DNA from: Octopus sinensis
Taxonomy: Eukaryota
Assembly: GCF_006345805.1 (NCBI RefSeq)
Contig: NC_043000.1
Span: 98,270,001-98,334,000, forward strand
Length of the DNA: 64,000 nucleotides
Direction: 5' to 3'
In this document: positions 12,100 to 26,028 of the stretch, piece after piece
Layout: every line of letters starts with the position of its first letter
How positions within the stretch are numbered: the stretch's first letter is position 1
Position numbers and translations under genes: made by a program
The notes under the pieces: model-generated
The model's input: only the letters and a program-made list of their open reading frames with translations
Told to the model about the DNA's origin: nothing
The model's database searches: none

Positions 12100-14600
12100 G
12101 ATTAAAAAGTTTTAAGGTGGTTGATTTGCTGAACAGTGTGTGCTGGAAAAAATGATGCCTTTCACTTTTTAGTTATTAACTTATCCTGGTCAACATCGAC
12201 TTTCATTTCCTCACATTGATAAAATAAGTACCATTGGGTTATTTTATTGACTGACTCTTCTCTGATAAAATAAATTTCAATCTTAGTGCCAATGGTGGGA
12301 ACAACAACTACTACTATTACTACTGTGGAATGCAGAATTATTCAAGTCAGTCAATATTGCCTTGTGGTATTTGCTCTAGCTATTCATATTCTGACTTCAA
12401 ATTCTGCTGAGTTCAACTTCTTTTGAGTTGATGAAACAAAGTATTATTTAACTACTAGGATTGAGTTAATTCACTGTCTCATCTTGCCCACTAAAAATTT
12501 CTAGCCAGAAAATTATTTCCTTTTTCATTTCATTGGTTGAGGGTATTAAAGTAGCAGAAATCATATAGAATCAGACTGAAATGATTTGCACTATTTAGTT
12601 TAGCTCCTACTGTTTTTTGAGTTCAATTTCAATTTCTACCACTATTAACTTTGTCTTTTATATCTCTCTAGTGGATTAGAGTTAATTCAATAGACTACTG
12701 CTTTTAATTTTGATCAACTAAGCTTGGGTCTAGTTGAAAGACAGAAAGATTTCTCTCTAGTGTATTATTTACGTTTATTGGTATTTGATGTTTTTAGCAT
12801 TGAACTCCTTAAATTCTAGCATAGAATTACATCTAAGTTTACTATCATTCTTTGTATTTTTTGACTGAAATTACCTTAATGTTCTGACCATTATTTATTT
12901 ATTTATTTATTTTTTTTTTAAGGCATCGAGCTAGCAGAATAGTTAACACATTAGACAAAATGTCCAGCAGCATTTCGTCTTTAATTATGCTCTGAATTCA
13001 AATACCTCCAAGGTCGACTTCACCTTTTGTTCTTTTGGAGTCGATAAAGTACCAGTTAAGCACATGGGTCAATGTAATCAACTTACTCCCCCCCCCCCCG
13101 AAATTGCCGGCTGTTTGTCAAAATTTGAAATCATTAATATTAATGGGGTTGATGTAATTGACTAACCCCTTTTCCTAAGATATCAGGCCTTTTGCCTATG
13201 TTATTAGAATTGTTAGCGTGCTGGGCGAAATGCTTAGTGGTATTTCGCCCGTTGCTACGTTCTGAGTTCAAATTCCGCCGAGGTCGACTTTGCCTTTCAT
13301 CCTTTCGGGGTTGATTAAGTGTCAGTGGAACACAGAGGTCGATTTAATCAACTAGTCCCCTCTTCCCTAATTTGAGGCCTTGTGCCTCTAGTAGAAAGGA
13401 TTATTATTATTATTATTATTGCTGCTGCTGCAGTGGTAGAATTGGTAGAGGATCTCACAAAACGTTTTCTGATAAATTGTTCCAGCATTTTATATTCTAA
13501 ATGTTGCGAAGATCAGCTTTGCCTTCATCGCACCAGAGCCAATATAATAAAGTACCAGTGAACTCTGGGTTGTTTGATTGAGTCGACCAACCTCTCCCAC
13601 CTTCAAATTTCTGGCCCTGGGCCTTTGTTAGAAATAATCATGGTAGTTGAATATCAGAATTTTTAGAATTATGAACAAAATATTTTGCTGTATTGGCTTA
13701 CTTCTCTCAATGTTCTGAGTTCAAATCCTACTGAGATCAACTTGGCATTTTTTTAATACTTACAGGGGTCAATAAATATAGTAATAGTCAAGTACTGGGT
13801 TGATTTAATCAACTGCTCTCCTCCCCTTAAAAATTGAGGCCTTGTGTCAATATGAGAAATTATTGAGAAGAGAACCTGAATTGGTTGATATCTGTAGTGT
13901 GGATATTTCAGTTTCATTACACTCTGGTTTCAGATCCTGCCAGAGTTGATGAAATATATACCAGTCTAGTCTAGTGCTGGAGATCAATTGACCCAAAATG
14001 TGTTTCCTTGTGCCTAGTGTGTCTGACAAAATGTGTAGCAGCATTTATTCTGGCTCTTTACACACTTGAGTTCAGATCCCACATTGGTCAACTGAGACTT
14101 TCATCCTTTTAGGGTCGATAAAATAAAGTACCAGTCAAGTACTGGGATCAATGTAGTCGATTAATCCCAATGTTTTAAAATTGCTGGCCTTGTGTCAAAA
14201 CTTGAAACGTTGGTGGTAGATTAGCAGAATCGTTGAGCATCAGAGAGAATGCTTTGGGGCATTCCTTCTGGCTCTTACTCTCTGGTTTCAAATTCTATTG
14301 AAGTCAGCTTTACCTTTCAACCATCCAGGGTCGATAAAGTAGAGTACCAGTGAAGTACTAGGGTCATGGCATCAACTAGCCCTTCCCCTTAAAATTGTTG
14401 GCCTTGCACCTAAATCAGAACCCATAACTTTATATTTCTTTATCTTTACGATGGTGTTCAAATCCCTCCTAGGTCAACTTTACCTTTCATATTTTCAGGG
14501 TCAATAAAGTACGAGTCAAGTACTGAGGTTTTTATAATAGACTGTTCACCTCCTCACCCAATTTTTGGCCTTGTGCTCTCTATTAGAAATAATAATAATG
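12100..14600 (+). mobile_element. Cluster of about 10 decayed head-to-tail tRNA-derived SINEs (family A)
   Basis: Repeated variants of ggcagaatcgttagc..ttctgagttcaaattc..gaggtc(g/a)actttgcctttcatcc..gataaa..aagtaccagt; best copy about 13205-13400. Confidence 0.8.
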
Positions 14601-15045
14601 ATAGTTTATTTTTTATTGACTCTTGACTTATGATGTGGTACATGATATGATATATTGTAATTTGAAACATTTTGATTTCAAAGTGCAATATCGTGAACCT
14701 GAAGAGAAATATTACTTGAAGAAAAAAAAAAAAAACAACATGAAAACAAAAAAGTAATATTTCTTTGATTCCTTTAATCACACACACACACACACACACA
14801 CACTGCATTAAAAATGTAGAAAATTGATCCGACTTTTGGTATTTTTTATGTTGGATTGCTGGAAATAAGTTATAGAAACATGAGCTACAAAAACAAAACA
14901 AACTATTAACCCCCCCCCCTAAAAACCTTTGGCTTTATTGCTTTCTTTGTTTTACAATATTTTCTAACCAAAGCCCTGCACCCCCTCTCCGCCATTGTTT
15001 ATTGATCACTCATCAGTTTTTTTACCTCTGTGTGTGTGTGTGTGT

Positions 15046-17059
15046 ATGTTCCGTTGGATAGCTAACTCCCAAAAGCAAAAACAAAATTGATCAACAAATA
15101 ATAAAACAGTAATCAGTGAATAAGGTTTATTGGGGATGATTACTGATCAGCAATCTGGTTAGCATTCCCAAAAAACTGCATGCTCGAAACTTAACTAATA
15201 CATAAATTAATTGACTGACTTCTTTACAAACAGCGCCCCCTGGGGAGGAGCAATTTTGGAACAGGTGCTAAAATTGTCAAGTCAAACAAAAATACATAAA
15301 ATACAAAAATACATAAAGCAATCCAATTATGATAATTTAAAAAAAAATGCCAAAAAAAAAAAGAAATTGTACAGGATGAATTAAAAAAAAATGACTGTAC
15401 TATATGTGTTGTTTGTTTTTATTTTGTCTGTTCCACCTTTATTTTTTGTATTTTTATTTATTTGTTTCCGTCCAATTGGAAACTACTTTTACTGTCTGAA
15501 TTGCCTAATCTTAATTGAAGGGCAAAGCCCAAAAATTTAGGCGCCAGTTTCTTTTACGACTATTATATCGGTTTCTCGTTTGATTTAGCACATTTAAGAT
15601 GTAGAATTAATGTCAATCAAAAATGGCAATTATGTCTTTCAGCACCCTTAAATGTCTTTTTCATCTTTTTGCCTGTTTCAGGTATTGGGCTGCGGCCATG
15701 CTGGAGCATCGCCTTGCAGGGTATAATTGAACAAATCAATCCAAGACCTTTTTTTAAAGTGTGACACTTAATCAGTTCTCTTTTGCTGGACCACTAAGTC
15801 ACAGGTGTGTTGGTAAACTAACCAACAAAGGTTGTCAAGCAGCGAAGGAGTAAACACAAAGACACATGTATACACAACTGGCTTCTGCAGAGTTTCTGTT
15901 TGCCAAATTCACTCAAAAGGCATTGGTTGGCATGGAGCTATTGAAGAAAAAACACTTGCCCATGGTGCTGCGCAGTGGAACTGAACCCAAAACCATGTGG
16001 GTGCAAAGCGAGTTTCTCAACCATACAACTGTGTGTGTGTGTGTGTGTGTGTATGTTCCGTTGGATAGCTAACTCCCAAAAGCAAAAACAAAATTGATCA
16101 ACAAATAATAAAACAGTAATCAGTGAATAAGGTTTATTGGGGATGATTACTGATCAGCAATCTGGTTAGCATTCCCAAAAAACTGCATGCTCGAAACTTA
16201 ACTAATACATAAATTAATTGACTGACTTCTTTACAAACAGCGCCCCCTGGGGAGGAGCAATTTTGGAACAGGTGCTAAAATTGTCAAGTCAAACAAAAAT
16301 ACATAAAATACAAAAATACATAAAGCAATCCAATTATGATAATTTAAAAAAAAATGCCAAAAAAAAAAAGAAATTGTACAGGATGAATTAAAAAAAAATG
16401 ACTGTACTATATGTGTTGTTTGTTTTTATTTTGTCTGTTCCACCTTTATTTTTTGTATTTTTATTTATTTGTTTCCGTCCAATTGGAAACTACTTTTACT
16501 GTCTGAATTGCCTAATCTTAATTGAAGGGCAAAGCCCAAAAATTTAGGCGCCAGTTTCTTTTACGACTATTATATCGGTTTCTCGTTTGATTTAGCACAT
16601 TTAAGATGTAGAATTAATGTCAATCAAAAATGGCAATTATGTCTTTCAGCACCCTTAAATGTCTTTTTCATCTTTTTGCCTGTTTCAGGTATTGGGCTGC
16701 GGCCATGCTGGAGCATCGCCTTGCAGGGTATAATTGAACAAATCAATCCAAGACCTTTTTTTAAAGTGTGACACTTAATCAGTTCTCTTTTGCTGGACCA
16801 CTAAGTCACAGGTGTGTTGGTAAACTAACCAACAAAGGTTGTCAAGCAGCGAAGGAGTAAACACAAAGACACATGTATACACAACTGGCTTCTGCAGAGT
16901 TTCTGTTTGCCAAATTCACTCAAAAGGCATTGGTTGGCATGGAGCTATTGAAGAAAAAACACTTGCCCATGGTGCTGCGCAGTGGAACTGAACCCAAAAC
17001 CATGTGGGTGCAAAGCGAGTTTCTCAACCATACAACTGTGTGTGTGTGTGTGTGTGTGT
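15046..17059 (+). repeat. Tandem duplication, 2 x 1007 bp, bounded by (TG)n tracts
   Basis: 15046-16052 repeats at 16053-17059 (identical ORFs at 15866 and 16873, offset 1007); no differences seen by eye; each unit contains an antisense family B SINE. Confidence 0.9.
15231..15247 (-). promoter_or_regulatory. CTCF-like motif (second copy at 16238-16254)
   Basis: Minus strand reads CTCCCCAGGGGGCGCTG versus the CTCF core CCACCAGGGGGCGC; isolated GC-rich word in AT-rich intergenic DNA. Confidence 0.45.
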
Positions 17060-17064
17060 GTGTA

Positions 17065-17119
<55 letters not shown>

Positions 17120-17129
17120 AAATGATGAA

Positions 17130-18950
17130 TCATCATCATCGTTTAACGTCCGTTTTCCATGCTGGCATGGGTTAGATGGTTTGACAGGTCTGGAGAGCCA
17201 GGAGGCTGCACCAGGCTCCAATCTGATCTGGCAATGTTTCTACAGCTGGATGCCTTTCCTAACGCCAACCACTCCGAGAGTGTAGTGGTCGCTTTTTATG
17301 TGCACAGGAGCCAGTCAGGCGGGCTTGGCATCGATCACATTCGGATAGTGCTTTTTACGTGCCACTGGCACAGGGGCCAGTCAGTGGGTACTGGCATTGT
17401 CCATGTTTGGATGATGCTTTTTATGTGTCACCGGCACGTGAGCCAGTCAGGCAGCACTGGCCACAGCACCGATATTAGTTTTACTTAGCAGGTCCTCTCA
17501 AACATATATCGTCCGACGCATCAATGATATTCTCAACAGGGCTGGGTATGCATAGCTGTGATCTCATTTTAGTTGCCAGGTCTTCTCAATCACAGCATAT
17601 CTCCAAAGTTTTGGTCTCCTGTCATTACCTCTGTGAGGCCCAATGTTTGAAGTTCATGCTTTACCACCTCGTCCCATGTCTTCCTGGGTCTACCTCTTCC
17701 ATAGGGAGTGGCACTTCCTGATACAGCTGTCCTCATCCATAAGTAACACATGACCAGACCAGCGCAGTCGCCTCTCTTACCACATTTGATGCCTCTTATG
17801 CCCAACTTTTCTCTCGGGGCGCTTGCACTCTGTCGTGTATGCATCCAGCAGATCATACTAGCTTCATTTCTTTCAAGTCTACACACGTCCTCAGCATTCA
17901 TGGCCCATGTTTCACTGCCGTGTAGCATGGCAGTTTGCACACATGCATCATACAGTCTACCTTTCATCTTGAGTGAGAGGCCCTTAGTTGCCAGCAGAGG
18001 TAGGAGCTCCCTGGACTTTATTCTTATTCTAGTCGCTACATTCTCAGAACATCCACCCCCACTACAGACTCGGTCACTTAGGTAACGGAAGCTATTAACT
18101 ACTTCTAGTTTCTCCCCCTGGCATGTGATAGAATCTGTTTTCAGTATATCTTCAGTGTTTATTTCCTCTGTGCATCTGCCACACACAAAAACTATTTTCC
18201 CGGTTAAGCTTCCTTTGATATTGCTGCATCTTTTATGTGTCCATAGCTAACACTGGGTACATCGTATGGAGTTTCTGCTCACACCTTTTCTACAGATCGA
18301 GCAGGGCCATCTACCTGAAGGGGATTGTGATTTGATAGCCTTCCTACTTATTAAGACTTTCATTTTTGCTAGGTTTATCCTAAAGCCCTTCGATTCTAGA
18401 CCTTGCTTCTACACCCTAAACCTTGTCTCTTGTTCTGACAGTGACTCAGTTATTAGAGCAAGGTCATCACCATAGAGGGGCATCCTGTCTTGAATTCCTC
18501 TGTTATTGCCCGGATGACTATAATGAATAAGAGGGAGATGAGGACTGCTCCTTGGTGAACCCCTACTTCTGCTCGGAATTCTTCACTATACTCGTTCCCA
18601 ACCCTCACCTTACTGACAGCATCCCTGTGCAAGGCTTGCACAGCTCTTACCAACTACTTGTTTATCCCCAGTTTCTGCATTGACTACCAGATAAGGGGTC
18701 GAGGAAGCCTCTCAGAAGCTTTCTCCAAGTCAACAAAAGCCAAGATATTTCTCCTTACTAGAAATATAGTATCAGCGGTGCTTCTGCCTGGCACAAAACC
18801 TAACTGCATCTCATCTAGGCTAACTCTCCCTAATTAGTTGGGCTATGTAACTTACATCACCTGATCCAACAATTTGATACCCCTGTAGTTATTTCTATCT
18901 AAAGCATCATCTTTACTCTTGCAGCATATATAGCAAATGTTAGGGATTGT
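17130..18950 (-). mobile_element. Decayed 5'-truncated RTE LINE with full 3' UTR
   Basis: RT and C-terminal ORF pieces (VRVGNEYSEEFRAEVGVHQG, GRLYDACVQTAMLHGSETW, RGRPRKTWDEVVK); 3' UTR with three ~65-bp subrepeats (17290-17470) and (GAT)n tail. Confidence 0.9.
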
Positions 18951-21049
18951 ATACCATTTCCAAGAAGTTTTGCTGGTTTGGTTTTCCAGTTTTGTAATAT
19001 ACTTGCTTCCTTAATTGACTAAGAGCTTGTAAAATGCTATGATTGTGACTTTGAAGTTGTAGTTGAAGAGTTGCTAGAGCATTCATTAGAATGCCTTGCG
19101 AAATTCGTTTCGACCATCTGTGCTAAGGAGTTCAAATTATGCTGGTTTCAACATAGCCTTACAGTGGACTGGATTGGCAGAACTATTAGAGTTGGGCAAG
19201 ATACCTTGCAGAATGTGTTCTGGTTGTTTGTGTGTTTGTTTTCTGGCATTAAGTGCCTACAATGACACAAGCAGCCAAGCTGCATCGGGTCGAGTCAGCA
19301 GATTTGTCCTTGGATAAATATCGATGTGGAGAGTAGAGATTTGCGTGCATAGATATTTAGCTTTCTTCAAATAAATAAATAAAAGGGGGAAAAAATTTCC
19401 CAGGCTGATACATACATGACCAAATGGAGGCCTTTATACATATAAGATTTACTATTTATATATTCTATGTATGAAAGAATGATACTAGATGAAATTAGCT
19501 TCGAATTAAAATATATTTAAATAATGAATATATTTTGTTTCATAGCAATTAAGGTGCTGGATCTAACGAAGGAAGGGATATACGAGGAAGTGTAGTAGTT
19601 ATATGAAATAAAAAAGAAATCTTAAGAAAAAATATAAAATATAACATGGTGGTATTCCAGCATGACCGCCGACTAAAAGAATAAAAGAATATAGGTGAAT
19701 TCAATAGGGAAGAAACAGCTACAGATACAAAGAACAAGTCTTTTTCAAATAGTGTTAAAAGGTCAATAAACCTTAAAATAATTTGTCCGAATGAACTGTA
19801 GTAAAATCAAGACTACTTACGCCAACATAAAAGCATAGATATATCGAAATATATACAAAAATACATGCATACAAATACACACGATATAAATATAAAAACA
19901 CGTACATATTAATGTATGCTTATATACTTATAGACATACATACACACATTACTGTATATATACGCACACATATACATAGCAGCTCATATAGATACATACC
20001 TACATAAGCACGTTCAGCAGCGCACACAAGTAAGCATAAAACAGTTATATACAGGCATAGATATAATACAATATATATACATATACACTCACTTAGATAT
20101 GCATGAACATAAGCACACAGACCAATATAAATGAAAACATACTCATTTAACATACAAAATTAAATATACATTCTTATACTTAAAAAGATATAGATATATA
20201 CATATATACAGGTATACTAGACAGCAAAATGCTTGAATATAGTCTAATAGTTTATCTGTCACTAAGGTGAGATTATGTTTAACAAGATAAGAAATTATTC
20301 CATTGTATTGATCTAGGTAGTAAAATATCTGGATATGATTTGATAAATTAGCTATTGCAAAAGTAAGGCCAAATTATGCATAACCAAGCTAGGAAATTAG
20401 CTAACGTAAATAAACGATTTGTATTAAGGTGCTGGCATTTATGGGTAATAAGTTTTCTTAGAAATAGCAGTATAGCTGAATATAGTCTAATATATTATCT
20501 ATTACTAACGTGGGACAACATTATGGTTAATCTAGGTAGACAATAGTATTGATTTAGGTTATAAAGTTTATTAGTGTAGATATAATAATTTAGTATGAGT
20601 TAGATATAGTTAGGATGTAGTAACGATTTATATTCAAGGTGCTGGCATCTTACAATCAATTCATCCCGTTGATTGATAATACTCGATTTAACTTTATATG
20701 GAATGCCTCAGTAGCGCAGAGCGCACACCAGCCACCACTTCTACTACCTTTATATGGTTGTGCACTACATACAATAAACCAAACAATTTTAAGTTCAATA
20801 GTAGAGAGAATGTATAAATTTAGCTAAAGATGTACTATTAATCTTTTGTTTATGCCTATATGTAGATTTGTGATTATTCCAGCGAAGTTTGAATGAAGAA
20901 GTGGATGCACCTATGTAAACATGTTCTTTACCAAGAGCAATAATAAAGCACTTCTATACTATATTTTTCCTAAGGCATTCCTGGTTATTAATGGGCCGCT
21001 GTGATTTATTACGAAAGTTACATAGTGTAAGGTTCACTTGATTATTAGT

Positions 21050-21500
21050 AGATATGATGGGTTCAGCTTCACTATTATTAAGAGTACTGTTATTGGAATC
21101 GGGTACATCAATATACTGGTTATTTGCAGTCGATGGTTTAGGTTATTTAGAAATTGCAGTTGTTGTATTATAAGCCAGTTGTAGCATTATAAGCTGCACG
21201 GTTCAATTTACTAGAATTAAATATTGCTGTATACTCTGCCATATTAGGCATGGTAGAGTATGTCAGTTTGATCGTGTGTTTATCGAAAATTTTATAAGGT
21301 TAGATTTAGGGAAGTGTCCATCCAAAGCCTGAACAAATTTTCGTGCCGCATTAGAAACAAGGGGAGTAGAACCACAAAATATTCCAATACAAACTATTTT
21401 ATTTTCATTTTTAGGCTTATTCGTACTAGATGTATTTGAGCCAAAAATAATTTGGTTATTATAGTAAATAATTGGAATCATATTGTCTGATTTAAATACA
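21050..21500 (-). mobile_element. Penelope-like element remnant (linker region before GIY-YIG)
   Basis: NAARKFVQALDGHFPKS / KIFDKHTIKLTYSTMPNM resembles the WFNPP..NVARKFL..IDKHF..KIFNRNT.KVSYSCMPN motif and the copy at 58048-58479. Confidence 0.65.
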
Positions 21501-21514
21501 AGGTTACTTATTTT

Positions 21515-22025
21515 CTTATTATTATTTTGGTTTGACTCAGATTCGTTCTTATTCCTGGTAGGAATTATGTGGATAGCAGGCTACTACTAGTAACCTTAGG
21601 TATCCACAAGTTTTCAGCAGTCTTTTAAGTGTTTAGAACTCTCCTGATAATCCCTATCGTCCCTAAGAGACAAACTTTCTATAGGGTATTCTATTTCAAT
21701 TTCCTTCAGCCATTTGTCTATATCTTTGCTTACTGTTCCCAACGCACCAGTTATTATAGGCACGACCTTTACCGTTCGCATGCTCCAAATACTTCTTATT
21801 TCAAACTTTAAGGGATTGTATTTTTTTCTTCCGTTTTCTTTACGATCCTGGAATCAAACGAGCATAATAAGTAAGCAACTTCGCTTTTCCTTATCTACAA
21901 TCGTTATATCTGGTCTATTATTTTCTAATTTCTTGTTTGTTTGAATAGGAAAGTCCCACAAAATCTCACATTTCTCCGACTCCAGTACTCTTTCGACTCG
22001 GTGATTGTACCATGTGTTTCCAAAT
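21515..22025 (-). mobile_element. R4/Dong-clade non-LTR retrotransposon 3' fragment (restriction-like endonuclease)
   Basis: Minus-strand translation CEILWDFPIQTNKKLENNRPDITIVDK...VKVVPIITGALG; 3' UTR ends in (TAA)-like tail. Confidence 0.8.
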
Positions 22026-22030
22026 TATTT

Positions 22031-24160
22031 GGCGGCAAGGTTGGTCCTCGACCAACACTTTGACGCCAAACACGAAGGCTGCGTTGTCAGAGCTAAGGCA
22101 CGTTCGCTAAGGCCGCTCGATGGGCCAGCGTAGCAGAGGCGAGGTGCGGCAACAAATCGACCATTCGGTCTTTGGTGAACCAGAACGGGCGCGAGATTTC
22201 CGAACCGAAGCAGATGTGTGCGGTCTTTCAGCGGCACTTTGCTCAACTGTTCGGGACGGACAACGGGACAGACTTCGGTGTGTACTGGACGTCCTACCGC
22301 AACTCTCGGACAGCGAGGCGGAGTGCTGCGAAAGACCGATATCTGCCTGGGAAGTGGAGGAAGCAATGAAAAGCTGCACGAGAGGTAGATCGCCGGGTTT
22401 AGATGGTCTACCCTACGAGCTTTACACTTCAATGCCAGACTTGTTTGCGGGCCTCTTGGCAAACGTCTACTGCAACTGGCAGCAAAACGGGAGAATTCCT
22501 GCTTTTGTTTGTCGAGGAGTGGTGGCTTTGCTGAGAAAGGACCCAAACAAGGGGACGTTATAGGGAACTTTAGGCCCATCACTCTGCTCAATGCAGAGTT
22601 GAAGATTTTGGCCAAGGTGCTAGCCAAGAGATTGCGCTTGCAGTTGGGCACCTGGAGAGGCAATTCCATGCCGTCCAACAGCGTCGTAGGGCGCTGGACA
22701 GACGGATTCGTTAAACTACTCGGAGTCTGGTTCGGTCCGGACCTCCAGGTGTATAAAAACTGGGAAGAAGTGACGAGCAGGGTGGCCAATCTCACCCAGA
22801 AATGGGCCGAGAGGAAGCTATCCCTGAAAGGTCGAGCGTAGGTGGCGAATGCGTACATCGCATCCGTCATCTATTACCGATTGACTGTCGTCCCTTGTCC
22901 CAACCACTGGTTGGCCAAGCTGGTGCGCTTGCTCTTCAACTTTTTGTGGAAGGGTCTGGTACCACTGGTCAGGTGCTCCATCTGCTGTCAACGGCCGCTG
23001 AACGGAGGCCTTGGCATGCCGTGGTTACTGATGCGCAGACATGCGCTCAGGCTACGGCATCTCAAGCGTTTCCTAAACGGTGAACAGGTGTGGTCGTCCT
23101 TTGTCAGACGCGAGTTTACGCAGCTCGTCTCTATGACAGAGCTGCAGTCTTGGATCAAATGCAGACAGAGAAAGGGCGCTTGACACCTCGAGTGCCGTCA
23201 AGCTCTCTCCGCCCTCCGCCAAGCGGGAAATTCGATCGGTAGTAGTTCCACTCTAGCGTTCTATAGAGGATTAGTGAAAAAAAAGTGCGACGACGTTCAC
23301 GGGGAAACTCTAGGCGTTGACGATAACGAGTTGAACAGTCTGTTCGGAAGAACTTTCGGGTCGGGACTCATGGATAACTTCCAGAGGTCCCTCGCCTGAC
23401 AGTGCTACCGAGGAGCGCTGCCTGTTCGAGATAAACTCTACCGGCACGGAAGTGCCGTCAGCCGGGCCTGCCCGAGGTGCTGCCAGGACGACGAAACCGT
23501 TCTGCACGCACTTGTCCAGTGCCCGAGTATTGCTGACCTCTGGGTTTACGTGGAGCAGCTACTGTCGCGTATAGGACAGATCCGGCTATCAGCTGAATCC
23601 ATAGTGAAGATTGCCCCGCTAACCTCCTTTAACCGGGAGGGCAAAGCAATTTTTCTTTGTCTAGTGGTTGTAGCGAAAGAGGTGGTTTGGTTTGGAAATC
23701 TGGCTTGTTTGAAAGGGCTAAAGTCAGACACTTTCCTCTTTGGCCAAGGCCTCATCAACTTTTTCAAGTTCCACTTGAAAAGGAAGGTGAGAGTAGAGAG
23801 GGAAGTGCTGTCTCGTAGCATATTTATTGAAAGGTGGGTGAATGTCGGAAGAATGGCCAGTATGAACGGACCAATTCTGAGGATACACCTGCAAAAAAAA
23901 AAAGGTAATATAAATGGAGAAAGGGGCTCTCTACCCCCCTTTTTGACCAGACTCCCGTGGCTTTTATGGGTTTTTCCACGAGTAACCTTTCGAAGCGCCT
24001 CCCCATATTGGGAGTTTTTACTTGTTATATTTTCGTTGTTATCTTGCATTTTTACACGGACTTTTCAAACGGACAAAACCCTTTTTGTAACTTTCGTCCT
24101 GTACTTTGTCCTTACATGTTTTATTTGATTTTTGTCAGCTCTTGTGGCCAATAAACGAAT
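22031..24160 (+). mobile_element. Tx1/L1-clade LINE, 5'-truncated, RT core internally deleted
   Basis: GRSPGLDGLPYELY, NFRPITLLNAELKILAKVLAKRL joined directly to QLGTWR..VKLLGVWFG, KLSLKGR, CPRC..ETVLHALVQCP zinc knuckle; 3' UTR then (CAT)n at 24164-24213. Confidence 0.9.
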
Positions 24161-24161
24161 T

Positions 24162-24215
<54 letters not shown>

Positions 24216-24231
24216 TGTTGTTGTTGTTATT

Positions 24232-24365
24232 AAGGCGGCGAGCTGGCAGAATCGTTAGCACGCCGGGCGAAATGTTTAGCAGTATTTCGTCTGCTGCTAC
24301 GTTCTGAGTTTAAATTCCGCCGAGGTCAATTTTGCTTTTCATCCTGCCGGGGACGATAAAATTAG
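24232..24365 (+). mobile_element. Family A SINE, 5' part
   Basis: aaggcggcgagctggcagaatcgttagcacgccgggcg (A-box-like) ... gttctgagtttaaattcc (B-box-like). Confidence 0.8.
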
Positions 24366-25749
24366 TAAATATTTAATATCTGAAAAATTATTTTTTTCTA
24401 CGTTAATAAATGTATATTTTTGTATATTTTTGTATCGTTGATGAGGTCAGAATAAAACCGACGCATATCCGGAGTTGTCTCCTCTTTCTGCTTTTATATG
24501 GTCCATCTTGAAGTTTGTCTTCTTTGGATAACAAACAAACATCATTCTTATTTCCATGATAGAATTATTTGTACTATGAACATCTCAAAAACCAATTACA
24601 CTAACATTATACGAATGTTAATATAATATTATGCGAACAGGACAACATGTACGTACAAAAATACACTAATTCAATAAATATGTAACAGCACGGATAACGT
24701 GTAGATGAAGAGTACATGTGAAATGCAATAGTATGCAGATACAGCAGGAAATTGAAAATGCATCGCCATGATAACATAAGAAAATGTAACGTAAATGCAA
24801 TAGTATGAATTTTTTAACTATAAACATATTAGTAACATAGAAATCAGCAGTGAAAGAAAAAGAAACTCATATAACAAAGCATCTTTTTATTAAAAATATT
24901 TATTTTCCCTCAAAGAAATAAAATATTAGCGAATATGTTTGCGCATGTGTAAAAGTATTATGAGTATAGTCGAAATGATTAGGTTTAGTATATCACTGGT
25001 ATTTTATTTTATTTTTTTTCTGAACACATGAGAAGTTAAGGACGATCTTGGTGGGATGTGAACTTTGCTTACAAGATGATTTAAACCCGATATTGTAAAG
25101 AATCGGAAATGGTTATCTCCCATTTCTGCTAACTCAACGATTATGGAAATGTTTCTGAACATAATTTGTACTAAACAGAACGTACACACGCAAATACAAG
25201 CATTAAATATAGACAGACGCATATCTTACAGCCTTATATGTACCCCTACCACCCGAATGTTTGTAGTATTATAAAACAAAGAATGAAACCGGTAACTTTC
25301 AATGATTCTCCTTCGAATGTTTTGTATTTCACACTTTTCAGTTGTTAAAATTGAAAAAAAGTAATGTCATAGTAGCAATCTAATCTCATATCAAATACTT
25401 TTTAATAATAATGATTACATATTATTTTTAAGGCGGTGAGCTGTCAGAATCGTTAGTGTTTAGTGGCATTTCACCCGTCTTTCTGTTCAGGGTTCAAATG
25501 CCGCCGAACTGGGTCGTTGTAATCGATTACCCTCAAAATCGCTGGCCTTGTGCCATTATTTGAAACCAATAATGATTATATATTTTTATACCCACATATG
25601 CATAAATGTGTGTGTGCGAGCGTACGTATACGCTTAAACACATATATGTATGTATTATATACATACAAATATACATACACGTATATGTATATATACAAAT
25701 GCATAAAAGCACACACATACACACACACATATACATAAACACATTCATG

Positions 25750-25807
<58 letters not shown>

Positions 25808-25832
25808 TGTGTGTATGTGTGTGTTTATATAT

Positions 25833-25877
<45 letters not shown>

Positions 25878-25974
25878 AACGTAAAAGACTTTTTCTATTC
25901 CTGAGCGTTATACTAATACATCTGTTTGTTTTGTACACCAACTGTCTTCGTCTTTTGTTTTTTTCGTAAACTCT

Positions 25975-26028
<54 letters not shown>

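Noticed and set aside
17290-17470. Regularly spaced ~65-bp repeats, CRISPR-like at first glance
   Set aside because: Internal subrepeats of the RTE 3' UTR; no unique spacers and no cas genes; eukaryotic context
24232-24320. tRNA-like A/B boxes
   Set aside because: SINE heads; no cloverleaf and followed by the SINE body
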